Part shown: one piece after another, positions 17,678 through 27,593 of the stretch | Numbering within the stretch: position 1 is the first letter of the stretch | How the letters are laid out: each line of letters opens with the position of its first letter | Origin: Thermoplasmata archaeon | GTDB taxonomy: Archaea; Thermoplasmatota; Thermoplasmata; Lutacidiplasmatales; UBA184 | Reading direction: 5' to 3' | DNA length: 50,042 bases | NCBI GenBank assembly: GCA_028864975.1 | Contig: JAGWLG010000028.1 | Location: 1-50,042 of the forward strand | Notes under the pieces: model-generated | Database searches by the model: none | What the model was told of the DNA's origin: nothing | What the model saw: only the letters and a program-made list of their open reading frames with translations | Position numbers and translations under genes: made by a program

Positions 17678-18835
17678 TCACGCGGAACGCGGGACGGCCG
17701 CCGCGGGGGGGGCCACGGAGCGTATCGGGACCGGGCGCGGCTCGGGCCCGGTGTACGACGCGTCCGGCCGGATGATCCGATTGTTCCCCGCCTGTTCGAG
17801 CAGTTGGGCCGCCCACCCCGCCGTTCGTGCGATGCCGAACGTCGCGGAGAAGAGCTCTCGAGGTATGCCCACCGCCTCCAGGACGACGCCGGCGTAGAAC
17901 TCCACGTTCGTGTAGAGAGGCTGGTTGGGCCGTGCCTTGCGAAGGGCCTCGAGGCCGGCCTTCTCAACGGCCTCAGCGAGCGTGAAGCGCTCGGCCCTTG
18001 CGTAGCGTTGGGCGATCTGCTTGAGCCGCTTCGCGCGAGGGTCCTCGGTTCGGTACACCCGGTGGCCAAATCCCATGAGGCGCTCCTTGCGCGCGACCGC
18101 CTCGGCGATCCAACGCTCGGCGTTGCCCGGAACTCCCACGGCATCCAGCATGTCGAGGACGAGAGATGGGGCTCCGCCGTGCAGCGGCCCCTTCAGGGCG
18201 CCCACCGCGGCCGACATCGCGCTCGCGGGGTCCGACTGCGTCGAGAGCACCACGCGGGCCGCGAAGGTGCTGGCGTTCATCCCGTGGTCCGAGAGCAGCA
18301 CGAAGTACTCCTCGAGCGCCCGGGCGAGGTCCGGGTCGGGCAAGCGGCCCTCAAGCATGTAGAGGTAGCTGCTCACGTGTCCCAGCGTGGTGTCCGGGGG
18401 GACGGAGGGCAATCCCCGTGAGGCCCGGTACCACATGGCGAGCCACGTCGGCGCCCGAGCGATGAACGGGAGCATGTCCAGATCGCGGGGCGGGAACGCC
18501 TTGAGCCCCGCGCCCATGAGCGAGATCCCGCTTCGCAGGGCCTCCATCGGGAGGCTCCCCTTCGGGATCTTTCCCACCAGCTGCTCGAGCTCGGGAGGGA
18601 GCGGCCGGAGCGGGTACCATGCCGCCTTGAGCTCCTGGAGCTCCGAGACCGTGGGGAGCTCACCCTTCTGCAGGAGGTGGACGACCTCCTCGTAGCTGAT
18701 CTGCTCGGAGAGCTCGCTCGCGTCGTACCCCCGGAAGTGGAGGGTGCCTTCCTCCCCGCCGACGTGGGTGATCTTCGTCTCCCCGACGACGACTCCTTCG
18801 AGCCCAGGGGAGGACTTCGCTGCCAAACCGACCAC
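17678..18835 (-). CDS. gltA: Citrate synthase (CitA/2-methylcitrate synthase-like family)
   Basis: GLEGV, DHGMNASTF, GPLHGGA, GFGHRVY, NVEFYAG. Confidence 0.93.
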   Translation of the reverse strand: MVGLAAKSSPGLEGVVVGETKITHVGGEEGTLHFRGYDASELSEQISYEEVVHLLQKGELPTVSELQELKAAWYPLRPLPPELEQLVGKIPKGSLPMEALRSGISLMGAGLKAFPPRDLDMLPFIARAPTWLAMWYRASRGLPSVPPDTTLGHVSSYLYMLEGRLPDPDLARALEEYFVLLSDHGMNASTFAARVVLSTQSDPASAMSAAVGALKGPLHGGAPSLVLDMLDAVGVPGNAERWIAEAVARKERLMGFGHRVYRTEDPRAKRLKQIAQRYARAERFTLAEAVEKAGLEALRKARPNQPLYTNVEFYAGVVLEAVGIPRELFSATFGIARTAGWAAQLLEQAGNNRIIRPDASYTGPEPRPVPIRSVAPPAAAVPRSA

Positions 18836-18868
18836 GCCTCTCGGAAGGACCCCGAACCTGGGGGGGCC

Positions 18869-19822
18869 TCAGAGCGGCATCGTCGCAAGGAGCTTCAGGT
18901 CTTCGGACACCGCCTTGGCGCTCGCTTCAAGCGCGGTCTGCTCGTCCGATGACAGGTCGATCTCGTGGATCTTCGAGATGCCCGACCGGCCGATGATCAC
19001 CGGGACCGAGAGGAAGACGTCCTTGAACCCGTACTCGCCGTCCAGCTGGACGGAGCAGGAGAGCAGTCGGTGCTCGTCGCGGGCGACGGCCAGCGCCATC
19101 TCCAGCTGCGCCGCGCTCGGGGCGTAGAAAGCGCTCCCGGTCTTCAACAGGTCGACGATCTCTCCGCCGCCTTTCTTCGTCCGCTCGACGATCGCCTTGA
19201 GCTTCTCAGGGGGAAGCAGCTTCGTCACGGGGACCCCGTTGACCGAGCAGTGGGAGAGGACGGGGACCATGGTGTCCCCATGCGTTCCGAGCGTGAACCC
19301 GATCACGTCGCGGGGGGTGACCCCCAGCGCGTCGGCGACGAACCAACGGAACCGGGCGGAGTCCAGCGCGCCGCTCTCCGCGATGACACGCTCGCGCGGG
19401 AAGCCGGTCACTTTCCTCACGTAGTAGGCCATGACGTCCACGGGGTTCGTGACCACGATCACGACCGCCTCCGGGGCCTTCGCGCGGATCGCTTCCGCAT
19501 GCCCCTTGACGATCTGGGCGTTGCGGCTCAGGAGGTCGGAGCGGCTCATCCCCGGTTTCCTTGCCAGCCCGGCCGTGAGGATGACCAGGTCGGAGCCATC
19601 GACCGCCTCTTCGAGGCGGGTCGAGCCCCACACCCGGGTTGAGAATCCCATGACCGGCGCGGACTCCTGGATGTCGAGGGCCTTGCCCTGAGGGAGCCCC
19701 TCGACGATGTCGAAGAGGACGAGCTCGCCCGCGACGTCCGTTTCCGCGAGCCGCTGGGCCAGCGTGCCGCCGATGTTCCCCGCGCCGATCACACAGATCT
19801 TGGAGAGACCGATCTTCGCCAT
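18869..19822 (-). CDS. mdh: Malate dehydrogenase (LDH-like type)
   Basis: VIGAGNIG, ARKPGMSRSDLL, TNPVD, LDSARF, GTHGDTMVP. Start placed at ATG 19822. Confidence 0.95.
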   Translation of the reverse strand: MAKIGLSKICVIGAGNIGGTLAQRLAETDVAGELVLFDIVEGLPQGKALDIQESAPVMGFSTRVWGSTRLEEAVDGSDLVILTAGLARKPGMSRSDLLSRNAQIVKGHAEAIRAKAPEAVVIVVTNPVDVMAYYVRKVTGFPRERVIAESGALDSARFRWFVADALGVTPRDVIGFTLGTHGDTMVPVLSHCSVNGVPVTKLLPPEKLKAIVERTKKGGGEIVDLLKTGSAFYAPSAAQLEMALAVARDEHRLLSCSVQLDGEYGFKDVFLSVPVIIGRSGISKIHEIDLSSDEQTALEASAKAVSEDLKLLATMPL

Positions 19823-19977
19823 GGTAACCGCAACCTGCCGCCTCCTCGGCGACGAGGGCGGGGGAGCTCTCACGACCATAAGGTCGTTGGGGAGGGCAAG
19901 AGCGGGGACCCCACCGGGTGGATCGAGTCGGCCTTGACCGCGTCGTCGAACACCCCGAGGCCACCTCGAGACTACGC

Positions 19978-19984
19978 TTTAATA
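19978..19984 (+). promoter_or_regulatory. TATA-like box TTTAATA
   Basis: Lies about 32 nt upstream of ATG 20016 in the divergent mdh/coiled-coil intergenic region. Confidence 0.5.
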
Positions 19985-20015
19985 CCCCCCCGGAACGTTT
20001 TGGAATCGACCCCAA

Positions 20016-20267
20016 ATGGACCTGGACGCCATCCTGGCCGGCATCGCCGAGCGGGACAAGTGGAGCGGGCGGCTCTCCGCCCTTCAGGGAGAGCTCCGGC
20101 TCGTCCGCGCGCGACGCCGTCGCGCGGAGGGCAAGCTCCGCCGCATGGACCGGGAACTGAGGCGCCTGAGGGCGCTCGCGGAGCAGCTCGTTCGCAGCAC
20201 CCCGGTGCCGGGGCGAGGAGGCTGGGGACCCGGTGGCCCGCCGACAAGCTACCTCCCTATCCGATAA
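20016..20267 (+). CDS. Small coiled-coil hypothetical protein
   Basis: 83 aa with a heptad Leu pattern (LSALQGELRLVRARRRRAEGKLRRMDRELRRL); TATA-like box upstream. Confidence 0.6.
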   Translation: MDLDAILAGIAERDKWSGRLSALQGELRLVRARRRRAEGKLRRMDRELRRLRALAEQLVRSTPVPGRGGWGPGGPPTSYLPIR

Positions 20268-20460
20268 GATCAGCTCCCTCGAGGAGCAGGTCGAGACCGC
20301 ACGGGGGGAGCTCTCCCGGCTTCGGAAGGAGGAGTCCTATCTCCAGCAGCAGATGGAGAAGGCCGAGGGTCAGCTGCGGTACTACGAAGAGCTCTTGAAG
20401 GACCTTCGACGCCAAGCGGTGCCCCGCGAACGGCTCCGCGACGTGATGACCCGGATGTGA
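20233..20460 (+). CDS. Small coiled-coil hypothetical protein
   Basis: 75 aa with a clear heptad repeat (ISSLEEQVETARGELSRLRKEESYLQQQMEKAEGQLRYYEELL); start uncertain. Confidence 0.65.
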   Translation: MARRQATSLSDKISSLEEQVETARGELSRLRKEESYLQQQMEKAEGQLRYYEELLKDLRRQAVPRERLRDVMTRM

Positions 20461-20542
20461 CCGGAAGCTCCCTCCCGAGGGCGGGGGGAGTCGCTATACG
20501 CTTCCGAGACCTATCGCTCGGAGGCCGCACAGGCCCACATCC

Positions 20543-21469
20543 ATGCGTCTAGTCGTGTTCGGAGCCGGAGCTGTCGGGAGCCTCTTCGGGGCCCATCTCG
20601 CCCGCGCCGGCCACGATGTCCTGCTGGTGGGCCGCAAGGAGCACGTGAAGGCCATCGAACGGGACGGCCTGAAGGTCGAGGGCGTGACCAACATGACGGT
20701 CCGCCCGCGCGTGGCCGAGTCGCTTCGACCGGGCGAGCGCGCGACCATGGTCATCCTGACCGTGAAGTCCTACGACACCGCGGAGGCTTGCAAGGCCATC
20801 GCCCAGTCGATGACGCCGCGCCCCATCCTCTCCCTGCAGAACGGGCTCGGGAACCTGGAGGCGATGGAGGATGGGCTCCACGACGGCGGATGGACCACCC
20901 CCCGGCTCAACATCGCCCTGGGGGTGCTCAACTGGGGGGTGACCTTCCTCAACGCGGGCCACATCCGCCATGCGGGCTCCGGTTCCTTGATCCTCGGGGA
21001 CCTCTCGGGCGGTCGTGCCGCGAAACGCTTCGCCTCGCTCTTCGAAGGGGTGGGGATCCCCACCCAGTACAACGACGATGTCCTCCGCGCGGTCTGGAAG
21101 AAGGTCATCATCAACTGCGCGATCAATCCCGTCACGGCCGACCACAAGGTGCCGAACGGGGAGCTCTTGACCGACCCCCTGCGGGGCCAGTCGGTCTCCC
21201 TGATGCGCGAGGCGCTCGAGGTGGCCTCGGCGGAAGGCTATCCCTTCCCCGAGCACGAGGTGGAAGAGGAGCTCTTCCGGGTCCTTCGCCTCACAGCCGA
21301 GAACAAGTCGTCGATGCTCCAGGACGTGCTCCGAGGCAAGGCCACCGAGGTCGATGCGCTCTCCGGAGTGGTCCTACGTCTCGGCTCGGCGCACGGGCTC
21401 AAGCTCCCTCACACCGAGCGCATCTACAAGCGCTTGATGGCGAAGCAGCCCAAGGAACCCCGAGCATGA
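20543..21469 (+). CDS. panE: Ketopantoate reductase (PanE/ApbA)
   Basis: VFGAGAVG, VKSYD, LQNGLG, WKKVIINCAINP, SSMLQDVLRGKATEVD. Confidence 0.92.
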   Translation: MRLVVFGAGAVGSLFGAHLARAGHDVLLVGRKEHVKAIERDGLKVEGVTNMTVRPRVAESLRPGERATMVILTVKSYDTAEACKAIAQSMTPRPILSLQNGLGNLEAMEDGLHDGGWTTPRLNIALGVLNWGVTFLNAGHIRHAGSGSLILGDLSGGRAAKRFASLFEGVGIPTQYNDDVLRAVWKKVIINCAINPVTADHKVPNGELLTDPLRGQSVSLMREALEVASAEGYPFPEHEVEEELFRVLRLTAENKSSMLQDVLRGKATEVDALSGVVLRLGSAHGLKLPHTERIYKRLMAKQPKEPRA

Positions 21470-21579
21470 GCGTCTCCCGGGCGGGAACCCCGGGAGCGAG
21501 GAGACCCCCAGGGAGGGGCGAGGGGCTCGGCACGGTCGGAGCGTAACGCTCAAGGGACCACCACCTTAGCCCCGCCCCG

Positions 21580-22758
21580 ATGGTGAAACGCTCGGTTCGG
21601 GAGGCGGAGCTCCGGAGCAAGAGGGCCCTCGTCCGCGTCGATTTCAACGTCCCTTTGACCGAGGAGAGGAAGGTCGCGGACCCCCGGAGGATCGTCGAAG
21701 CCCTTCCCACCCTGCGGTTCCTCAAGGACCGCGGCGCCCGCTTGGTCTTGATGAGCCACCTCGGAAGACCCGACGGCCACCCGGACCCTCGTCTCTCCCT
21801 CCGCCCCGTCGCCGAGGAGCTATCGGAGCGTCTGGGTCAGCCCGTCCTCATGGCCGACGCGGCGGTCGGGCCCGGTGCCGAGAAGAGAGTGAAGGAGGCC
21901 GGGAACGGGGACATCGTGCTCCTCGAGAACCTCCGTTTCGACCCCGGAGAAGAGGCGAACGATCCGTCGTTCGCCCAGGGTCTGGCTCGGATGGGGGACC
22001 TCTTCGTTGAGGAGGCCTTCGGGACCGTCCACCGGGCCCACGCGAGCACGGTAGGGGTCGCGAAGCTCCTCCCCTCCTATGCGGGATTCTTGGTGGAGAA
22101 GGAGATGGGGGAGCTCTCCCGATTGATGACCACCCCCGAGCGACCCTTCGTCGCCCTGCTGGGAGGAGCCAAGGTGAAGGACAAGCTCCCCCTGCTCCAT
22201 CGGTTCCGAGAGAAGGCCGACACCCTCCTGGTCGGCGGCGCGATGGCCTTCCCGTTCCTCCAAGAGCTAGGCGGCCAACTCGGAGGGCAGCCCCCCGAAG
22301 CCGGGCTCGAGAAGGAAGTGAAGAGGTTCCTGGACGCGGAGAGCTCGAAAGGCGCGACGGTTCGGCTCCCGCTCGATTTCGTCGTGCAGGACCTGCGCGA
22401 CGGTACGATCCGCGAAGCGAAGGCGATGGAGGTCCCGGAGAACCATCGGGCGCTCGACATCGGACCTCGGACACGAGCCATGTTCGGGAACCACCTTCGG
22501 AGCTCTAGGACGGTCTTCTTCAACGGACCGATGGGGAAGATCGAGGACCCCCGGTTCGCGAACGGTACGCGCGAGGTCCTCTCCTCGCTCCGCGGCGTGC
22601 CCGGAGTGCACATCTCGGCCGGGGGGGACTCGGCCCGGGCGCTCGCCGACCTCGGGGTCGAGGACTGCTTCACCTACGTCTCGACCGGCGGCGGGGCCGC
22701 GATCGAGTTCATCGAGGGACGTGAGCTCCCGGGGCTCGCGGTCCTGCCCGACGGGTAG
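21580..22758 (+). CDS. pgk: Phosphoglycerate kinase
   Basis: RVDFNVPL, SHLGRP, LENLRF, HRAHAS, LGGAKVKDK, NGPMG, GGDS, STGGGA. Confidence 0.97.
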   Translation: MVKRSVREAELRSKRALVRVDFNVPLTEERKVADPRRIVEALPTLRFLKDRGARLVLMSHLGRPDGHPDPRLSLRPVAEELSERLGQPVLMADAAVGPGAEKRVKEAGNGDIVLLENLRFDPGEEANDPSFAQGLARMGDLFVEEAFGTVHRAHASTVGVAKLLPSYAGFLVEKEMGELSRLMTTPERPFVALLGGAKVKDKLPLLHRFREKADTLLVGGAMAFPFLQELGGQLGGQPPEAGLEKEVKRFLDAESSKGATVRLPLDFVVQDLRDGTIREAKAMEVPENHRALDIGPRTRAMFGNHLRSSRTVFFNGPMGKIEDPRFANGTREVLSSLRGVPGVHISAGGDSARALADLGVEDCFTYVSTGGGAAIEFIEGRELPGLAVLPDG

Positions 22759-22766
22759 GGGGGCAC

Positions 22767-23093
22767 GTGCCGGCGGAGGACCTGTGGGCCCCCGCCCGCG
22801 CACGCAGGACCTTGCTGATGGCCCTCGATATGCTCGTGATCCCCGCGGGGGTCGTCCTCGTGGTCGCAGCGCTCGACCCCCCCTGGCGGTTCCCGCCCGC
22901 TCTCTGGAGGAGCGAGCTGCTCCTCCTGGGCGCGGTGCTCACCGTGCTGGGCGTGGCCTCGCTCCGAGCGCTTGTCCTGGCCGGCCGAAAGGTGGGAGCG
23001 GTCTACGGGGTCAAGGCCGCTCGGCGGGCGGGCCTCCTGCCGCCCGAGCCTCCTTCCCGACCGACCGAGAGGTCGAGCGAGGGCCGTCCGTAG
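22767..23093 (+). CDS. Small two-TM membrane hypothetical protein
   Basis: Two hydrophobic segments; starts 8 nt after the pgk stop on the same strand. Confidence 0.55.
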   Translation: MPAEDLWAPARARRTLLMALDMLVIPAGVVLVVAALDPPWRFPPALWRSELLLLGAVLTVLGVASLRALVLAGRKVGAVYGVKAARRAGLLPPEPPSRPTERSSEGRP

Positions 23094-23183
23094 TCCGCGG
23101 GGCATCCTGCCACTCCTCGTCCCAGGAGCGACTTAACGCTTCAGGAGTGGTAGCGTAAATACTCCTCATTGTATAGCAATGAC

Positions 23184-23831
23184 ATGTCCGACAGCACCGT
23201 CCTTCCCGAAGCGCCCTTCCGTACGCCGCTCGAGCTTCGCGAGGCCCCCTCGGGGCGCGTGGTCGACTCCGCCGTCGACCCCCTCTTCGTGGACCGTTGG
23301 TCCCCGCGGTCGTTCCTCCCAGGCCCGGTCCCCCGCGAGCTCCTGGCGACGCTCTTCGAGGCCGCCAGGTGGGCCCCCTCCTCGAACAACGAGCAACCCT
23401 GGCTCTACGTCTACGCCACGGACGCCTGGGACCGTGCCCGGTTCCTCGAAGCGCTGGCCCCCGGGAACCGTGCGTGGGCCGAGCACGCCCCCGCCCTCGT
23501 CTTCCTCTTCGCACGCCGGACCACCACCGACGGCCGGCCGTACCGCACCTACGCTTTCGATGCCGGTGCGTCTTGGATGTCCCTCGCCCTCCAGGCACGG
23601 CTCCTGGGTCTGGACACCCACCCCATGGGAGGGTTCGATCCCGAGAAGGCCTACGCGGCCACCGGAGTGGACCCGGCGCGGTACGAGGCGATGATCGCGA
23701 TCGCCCTTGGCTACCGGGGTCCGGCGGACGCTCTCCCTGTCCCGCTGGCAGGCCGTGAGCGACCGAGCGGCCGCGTGCCGCAGGCCACCATCGCTCAGGA
23801 AGGGTGCGTCGCCTTCACGAGGGCCGACTAG
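23184..23831 (+). CDS. Nitroreductase-family flavoprotein
   Basis: RWSPRSF, LFEAARWAPSSNNEQPW, FDAGASWMSLALQA...THPMGGFD. Start placed at ATG 23184. Confidence 0.92.
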   Translation: MSDSTVLPEAPFRTPLELREAPSGRVVDSAVDPLFVDRWSPRSFLPGPVPRELLATLFEAARWAPSSNNEQPWLYVYATDAWDRARFLEALAPGNRAWAEHAPALVFLFARRTTTDGRPYRTYAFDAGASWMSLALQARLLGLDTHPMGGFDPEKAYAATGVDPARYEAMIAIALGYRGPADALPVPLAGRERPSGRVPQATIAQEGCVAFTRAD

Positions 23832-24276
23832 GAGCGCTCCGGGCGCTCCTTCGCGAGCGCGTACGAGGCCGCCCCGAAGGGCGCACCGCGGCCTCTTCCG
23901 AAGCGCGGGCCACGTCGCGGGAGGCGCGGTCCACGTTGCCGAGCAACCACCGAAGGTACGGTTCGTGGACGCGGAACGTCTCCAGCTCGACGATCTCCGG
24001 TACCTCGTACGGGTGGATCCTCGCGAGCTCCCGGAACAACGCGCCCACCTTCTTGGTCGAGGTCTTGAACAGGACCAGGACCTCTTGGGACTCCTCGACC
24101 TTACCCTTCCAACGGTACAGGGAGCGGGCGGGGAGCGCGGTCGCACAGGCGACGACCTTCCGCTCCACGAGCCGCAGGGAAGCCTCGGCGGCGCTCTTGC
24201 CGTCGGGGAACGTCGAGAGGACCAGGCGGAGGGGTCCGGCCCTCGGGCCCTCCCCCAGGCTGGGGGAGCTGGTCAC
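23815..24276 (-). CDS. cutA: Divalent-cation tolerance protein CutA
   Basis: LVERKVVAC, SLYRWKGKVEESQE, FKTS, HPYEVPEI. The GTG start overlaps the DP1 stop (GTGA). Confidence 0.9.
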   Translation of the reverse strand: MTSSPSLGEGPRAGPLRLVLSTFPDGKSAAEASLRLVERKVVACATALPARSLYRWKGKVEESQEVLVLFKTSTKKVGALFRELARIHPYEVPEIVELETFRVHEPYLRWLLGNVDRASRDVARASEEAAVRPSGRPRTRSRRSARSAPSRPS

Positions 24277-25910
24277 GAGGAAGCCCCCGAGGGCTTGGGG
24301 ACGAGAGGTCCCTCTTCCGGCCGCGAGCGGTGGAAGTCGACGACGCTCACGTCGCCTTGCGCGAGATCGACCACGGTCGCGCGGGCCGGTACGGGTCGGA
24401 TGTTGCGCATCCTCTGGTAGTCGGTCTCTCCCTGCCACGTGGAAGCGTTCAACAGCAGGATCCCCCGCCACCACTCGGCGCCGAACGTATGGGTGTGACC
24501 GGTGACGAAGATGTCCGGTACGGGGTCGACCACGAGGCCATCGCGCGGGAGGGAGGCGAGGGGGGTCTTGAGCCCGTAGGAGGGGGCGAGATGGCGCATC
24601 GAGAGCATCCGTTTCATCACCGGGATGGGCTGTTCGTAGCTCATCTTGGGCAGCTGCGGGATGAGGTCGTCGAAGCTCCGCCCATGGTAGGCCTCGATCA
24701 CGACCCCCTCGAGGGCGAAGACGGACGGGTTCGCGACCAGATGGACGTTCGGCGGCAGGTCTCGGGAGAGCTCGGGAGGGAGGGCGGGCTGGGGCTCGGC
24801 GGGACAGACCGCGTCGTGGTTCCCGGGGACGGCGACGATGTTCAGATGCGAGGGCAACTCCTTCACCCTGCGGGCGAGCTCCGCATACTGCTCGACGACG
24901 TCGGCGATCGCCAGGTCGTTCTCCTGGTGCGGATAGATCCCGATGCCATCCACGAGGTCCCCGGCGATCACCACGTGCTCGAGCCCTTCGGCGACCGCCC
25001 CATGTGTCCCCTCTCCGCGGACGAACCCGAGGAGCTCGTTCCAGCTGTCCGTGAGGAACCCCTTGGAGCCGATGTGCAGGTCGGAGAGGAAGAGGGCCTT
25101 GGACGCTCGGGGCGCCCGGGCCGTGGCGCGGGCCACGGGGACCTCGGGCCGTAGCACCGCGCGAGCGATCGGGAGCTTACCCGCTTCCTTGGGAACGAAG
25201 AGGCGGACGCCGAGGACCTCGTCCGGGAGGTAGGTCTCCCGGGCGGCAGGATGCTCCTTGGGGATGAGCACGCGGACCTGGCCGGACTCGTCCTCGAGGG
25301 TCAGGATAAGGAGCTTCTGACGCGGGGTCTCTCGGATGTCCCGCACCATCCCGATGACGGCCGCTTCTCCCGGAGATCGCAGGACCTCGGCCGCGCTGTG
25401 GATCGCCGTGAGGTCGGCCCGGCGGCGCAGGACCTTCGAGAGCTGGCGGAAACGGGAGACCAGGAGGCCGGTCACTCCCTCGAGCGGGGCCCGGGCCTCT
25501 GGAGGGGCGACGAAGCCTTCGCGGATCAGATGGAAAGGGCGCGGCGGGACGACCGATGGCGCGAGCGAGGCACGGGGTTCTTGGCTGGCGAGGGAGGGGA
25601 CGGGCGCGGAGGGAGGCGCCTCGGAGAGGGTCGCGGGGCGCTCCAGCATGAGGCCACCGCTCTCAAGGGCGCTGGGGAGCAAGGAAGCGTTGCCGTGGTT
25701 CCCGCCGTTGCCGCCGTTCCCTCGTTGGGCGACCCGGGAGAGATAGAGGTTCACCGTGTCCGGTGTGACGATGAGCGAGGGGGGCGCGGGGGAAGCGATC
25801 ACGCCCCTGGCGGCGTCCAGGGGCATCGGGGAGGCCAGGATCAGCGCGAGCGCGCTCTCCTCGACCAGGAGGTGGTGTTCCTCGAAGAGGGCCAGGACCC
25901 GGTCCCGCAA
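24273..25910 (-). CDS. polB: Archaeal DNA polymerase D small subunit DP1 (proofreading exonuclease)
   Basis: OB-fold IGMVRDIRET and calcineurin-like motifs SDLHIGSK, AGDLVDG, PGNHD, YHGRS, RHLAP, TGHTH. Confidence 0.95.
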   Translation of the reverse strand: MRDRVLALFEEHHLLVEESALALILASPMPLDAARGVIASPAPPSLIVTPDTVNLYLSRVAQRGNGGNGGNHGNASLLPSALESGGLMLERPATLSEAPPSAPVPSLASQEPRASLAPSVVPPRPFHLIREGFVAPPEARAPLEGVTGLLVSRFRQLSKVLRRRADLTAIHSAAEVLRSPGEAAVIGMVRDIRETPRQKLLILTLEDESGQVRVLIPKEHPAARETYLPDEVLGVRLFVPKEAGKLPIARAVLRPEVPVARATARAPRASKALFLSDLHIGSKGFLTDSWNELLGFVRGEGTHGAVAEGLEHVVIAGDLVDGIGIYPHQENDLAIADVVEQYAELARRVKELPSHLNIVAVPGNHDAVCPAEPQPALPPELSRDLPPNVHLVANPSVFALEGVVIEAYHGRSFDDLIPQLPKMSYEQPIPVMKRMLSMRHLAPSYGLKTPLASLPRDGLVVDPVPDIFVTGHTHTFGAEWWRGILLLNASTWQGETDYQRMRNIRPVPARATVVDLAQGDVSVVDFHRSRPEEGPLVPKPSGASS

Positions 25911-26015
25911 CGCACGCTCGAACGAACCGGTCCCCGCTCGCTCAACCCCTCATTTCCGTCAGCAAGGACGAGGAGAGCGAGGGCTGCACCGTGGACGCGA
26001 CCCCCACAGGCAGAC

Positions 26016-26762
26016 CTACGGTCGCCGCGGTATTTGAACCAGCTTGGGCGAACGGTGACTCGAACGCCCGCGGAACGACTTCGTCGCCCGACGGAGCCCT
26101 TCCCACGCGGGCCGGTCGAGCGAGGCCCAGAGATAGTGGGTCGCGTACGAACGGTACGGCCTCCAGCGCTCGCCGAGGCGAAGCATCGTCGAGCGGGCAG
26201 GGAGGTTCGCAAAACCGTAGAGATGGCGGAAGCCCTTGCGGACGCCCAGGTCGTCGACGGGGAGCACGTCCGGCCGCCCCAAGGCGAAGATGAGGTACAT
26301 CTCGGCGGTCCACCGACCGATCCCCAGGACCTGGGTGAGCGCTTCGATGATTCGTGCGTCCTCCCATCTGCGCAGTCGTCTCAGGTCGAGGCGACCGTCC
26401 ACGGTCCGCTCGGAGAGGTCGCGGAGGTAGCGCATCTTCTGGGGGGAAAGCCCGCAGGCGCGCAGGTCCGCTTCGGACCGGTCCACGAACCACTCGGCTC
26501 CCGGGAACTCTTCCGTCCGCGCCCGCTCCTTGAGGCGGCGGACGATGGCGTCCGCTGCGGAACCCGAGATCTGTTGGTAGACGATCGCCGAGGCGAGACC
26601 TTGGAATCCCTCGGTGGCGGAGCCCGGGGGCTCGACCCCTACGACCGAGATCACCTCCGCCATGACGGGGTCGACCCGTCGAAGATGCGCGACCGCTTGT
26701 TTCAGGACCGCTCGCCGGCCCGTGCGAGAGGCGCGACGTTCGCCCGCCACCACGAGGCTCAC
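26016..26762 (-). CDS. alkA: AlkA-like DNA-3-methyladenine glycosylase (HhH-GPD)
   Basis: SAIVYQQIS, GLSPQKMRY, LGIGRWTAEM...GRPDVLPVDDLGVRKG, WRPYRSYA. Start is GTG 26762 (overlapping the upstream stop) or GTG 26753. Confidence 0.9.
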   Translation of the reverse strand: MSLVVAGERRASRTGRRAVLKQAVAHLRRVDPVMAEVISVVGVEPPGSATEGFQGLASAIVYQQISGSAADAIVRRLKERARTEEFPGAEWFVDRSEADLRACGLSPQKMRYLRDLSERTVDGRLDLRRLRRWEDARIIEALTQVLGIGRWTAEMYLIFALGRPDVLPVDDLGVRKGFRHLYGFANLPARSTMLRLGERWRPYRSYATHYLWASLDRPAWEGLRRATKSFRGRSSHRSPKLVQIPRRP

Positions 26763-27580
26763 TCCTTCCGCGGCTCTCGACGCGCTTCGATGACCAGATG
26801 GAGCGGGACCTGCTCGATCCACTCGCGCGAGATCCTTCGGCCGACGAATCCCGGCCCAGGCGAAGGCTCCTCGAGGTCCAAGATCGACCATCCCGCGGCA
26901 CGGAGCGCGTGCGCGTACCAGGAGAGAGGGCGGTGGTACCCCACGGTGGTGGGGATCTCTCCCGTCTCTCGGGGGCCCCAGACATACCGGTCGGAGTGGG
27001 GTTGCCGGTAGTTCGTGATCTTCCGGTAGACGATGGGGGCTTGGGGCGTCGCTCCCAGGACCTCCACCGCCCAGGACGAGCGGGTGTCCACGTCGAAACA
27101 TGGGTGGCTGATGGAGAGGACGAACCTCCCTCGGTCCGTAACCACGCGACCGACCTCACGGAGGACCCCCTGGGCGTCCTCCATGTCCATGAGCGACATG
27201 TTCGCGACCGCCAGGTCGAAGCTTCCGTCCGCGAGGGGGTCCATGTCGGCGGCGTCGCCGAGATGGTAGGTGATGCCCAAAGGGCGCCGCCGCTCCTCCT
27301 GTCGGGCGAGGGCGATGAGCGCGCGCGACCGGTCGACCCCGACGACCTTCGCACCCTCCCGGGCGAGGCGCCGTGCGATGTAGCCGTTCCCGCAGCCCAC
27401 GTCGAGGACCCGGGTCCCCTTTGGTAGGCGGCCCAGCCGAGCGAAGAGGCCCGGGTCGATGAGCGTGCGGTGCCAGAGGTCTCCTTCGTCCCCTTGCTGG
27501 CGACCGTACCAGGCTCCGAAGCCCTCGACCTCGCGCGGACGCGGAACGTGGCCCTTCCGACTTCGGTGAGAGGTGGGCAT
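26759..27580 (-). CDS. Class I SAM-dependent methyltransferase
   Basis: VLDVGCGNG, GVD.S, GDAADM, FDLAVANMSLMD, LSISHPCF. Confidence 0.9.
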   Translation of the reverse strand: MPTSHRSRKGHVPRPREVEGFGAWYGRQQGDEGDLWHRTLIDPGLFARLGRLPKGTRVLDVGCGNGYIARRLAREGAKVVGVDRSRALIALARQEERRRPLGITYHLGDAADMDPLADGSFDLAVANMSLMDMEDAQGVLREVGRVVTDRGRFVLSISHPCFDVDTRSSWAVEVLGATPQAPIVYRKITNYRQPHSDRYVWGPRETGEIPTTVGYHRPLSWYAHALRAAGWSILDLEEPSPGPGFVGRRISREWIEQVPLHLVIEARREPRKE

Positions 27581-27593
27581 GCGCGGAGGCTCC

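Noticed and set aside
17880-17920. Citrate synthase catalytic Asp replaced by Glu (NVEFY)
   Set aside because: An NVEF variant is known in CitA-type citrate synthases, so it is not evidence of inactivation or novelty.
24273-25910. DP1 without adjacent DP2
   Set aside because: The PolD subunit genes are unlinked in many archaea, so this is not unusual.
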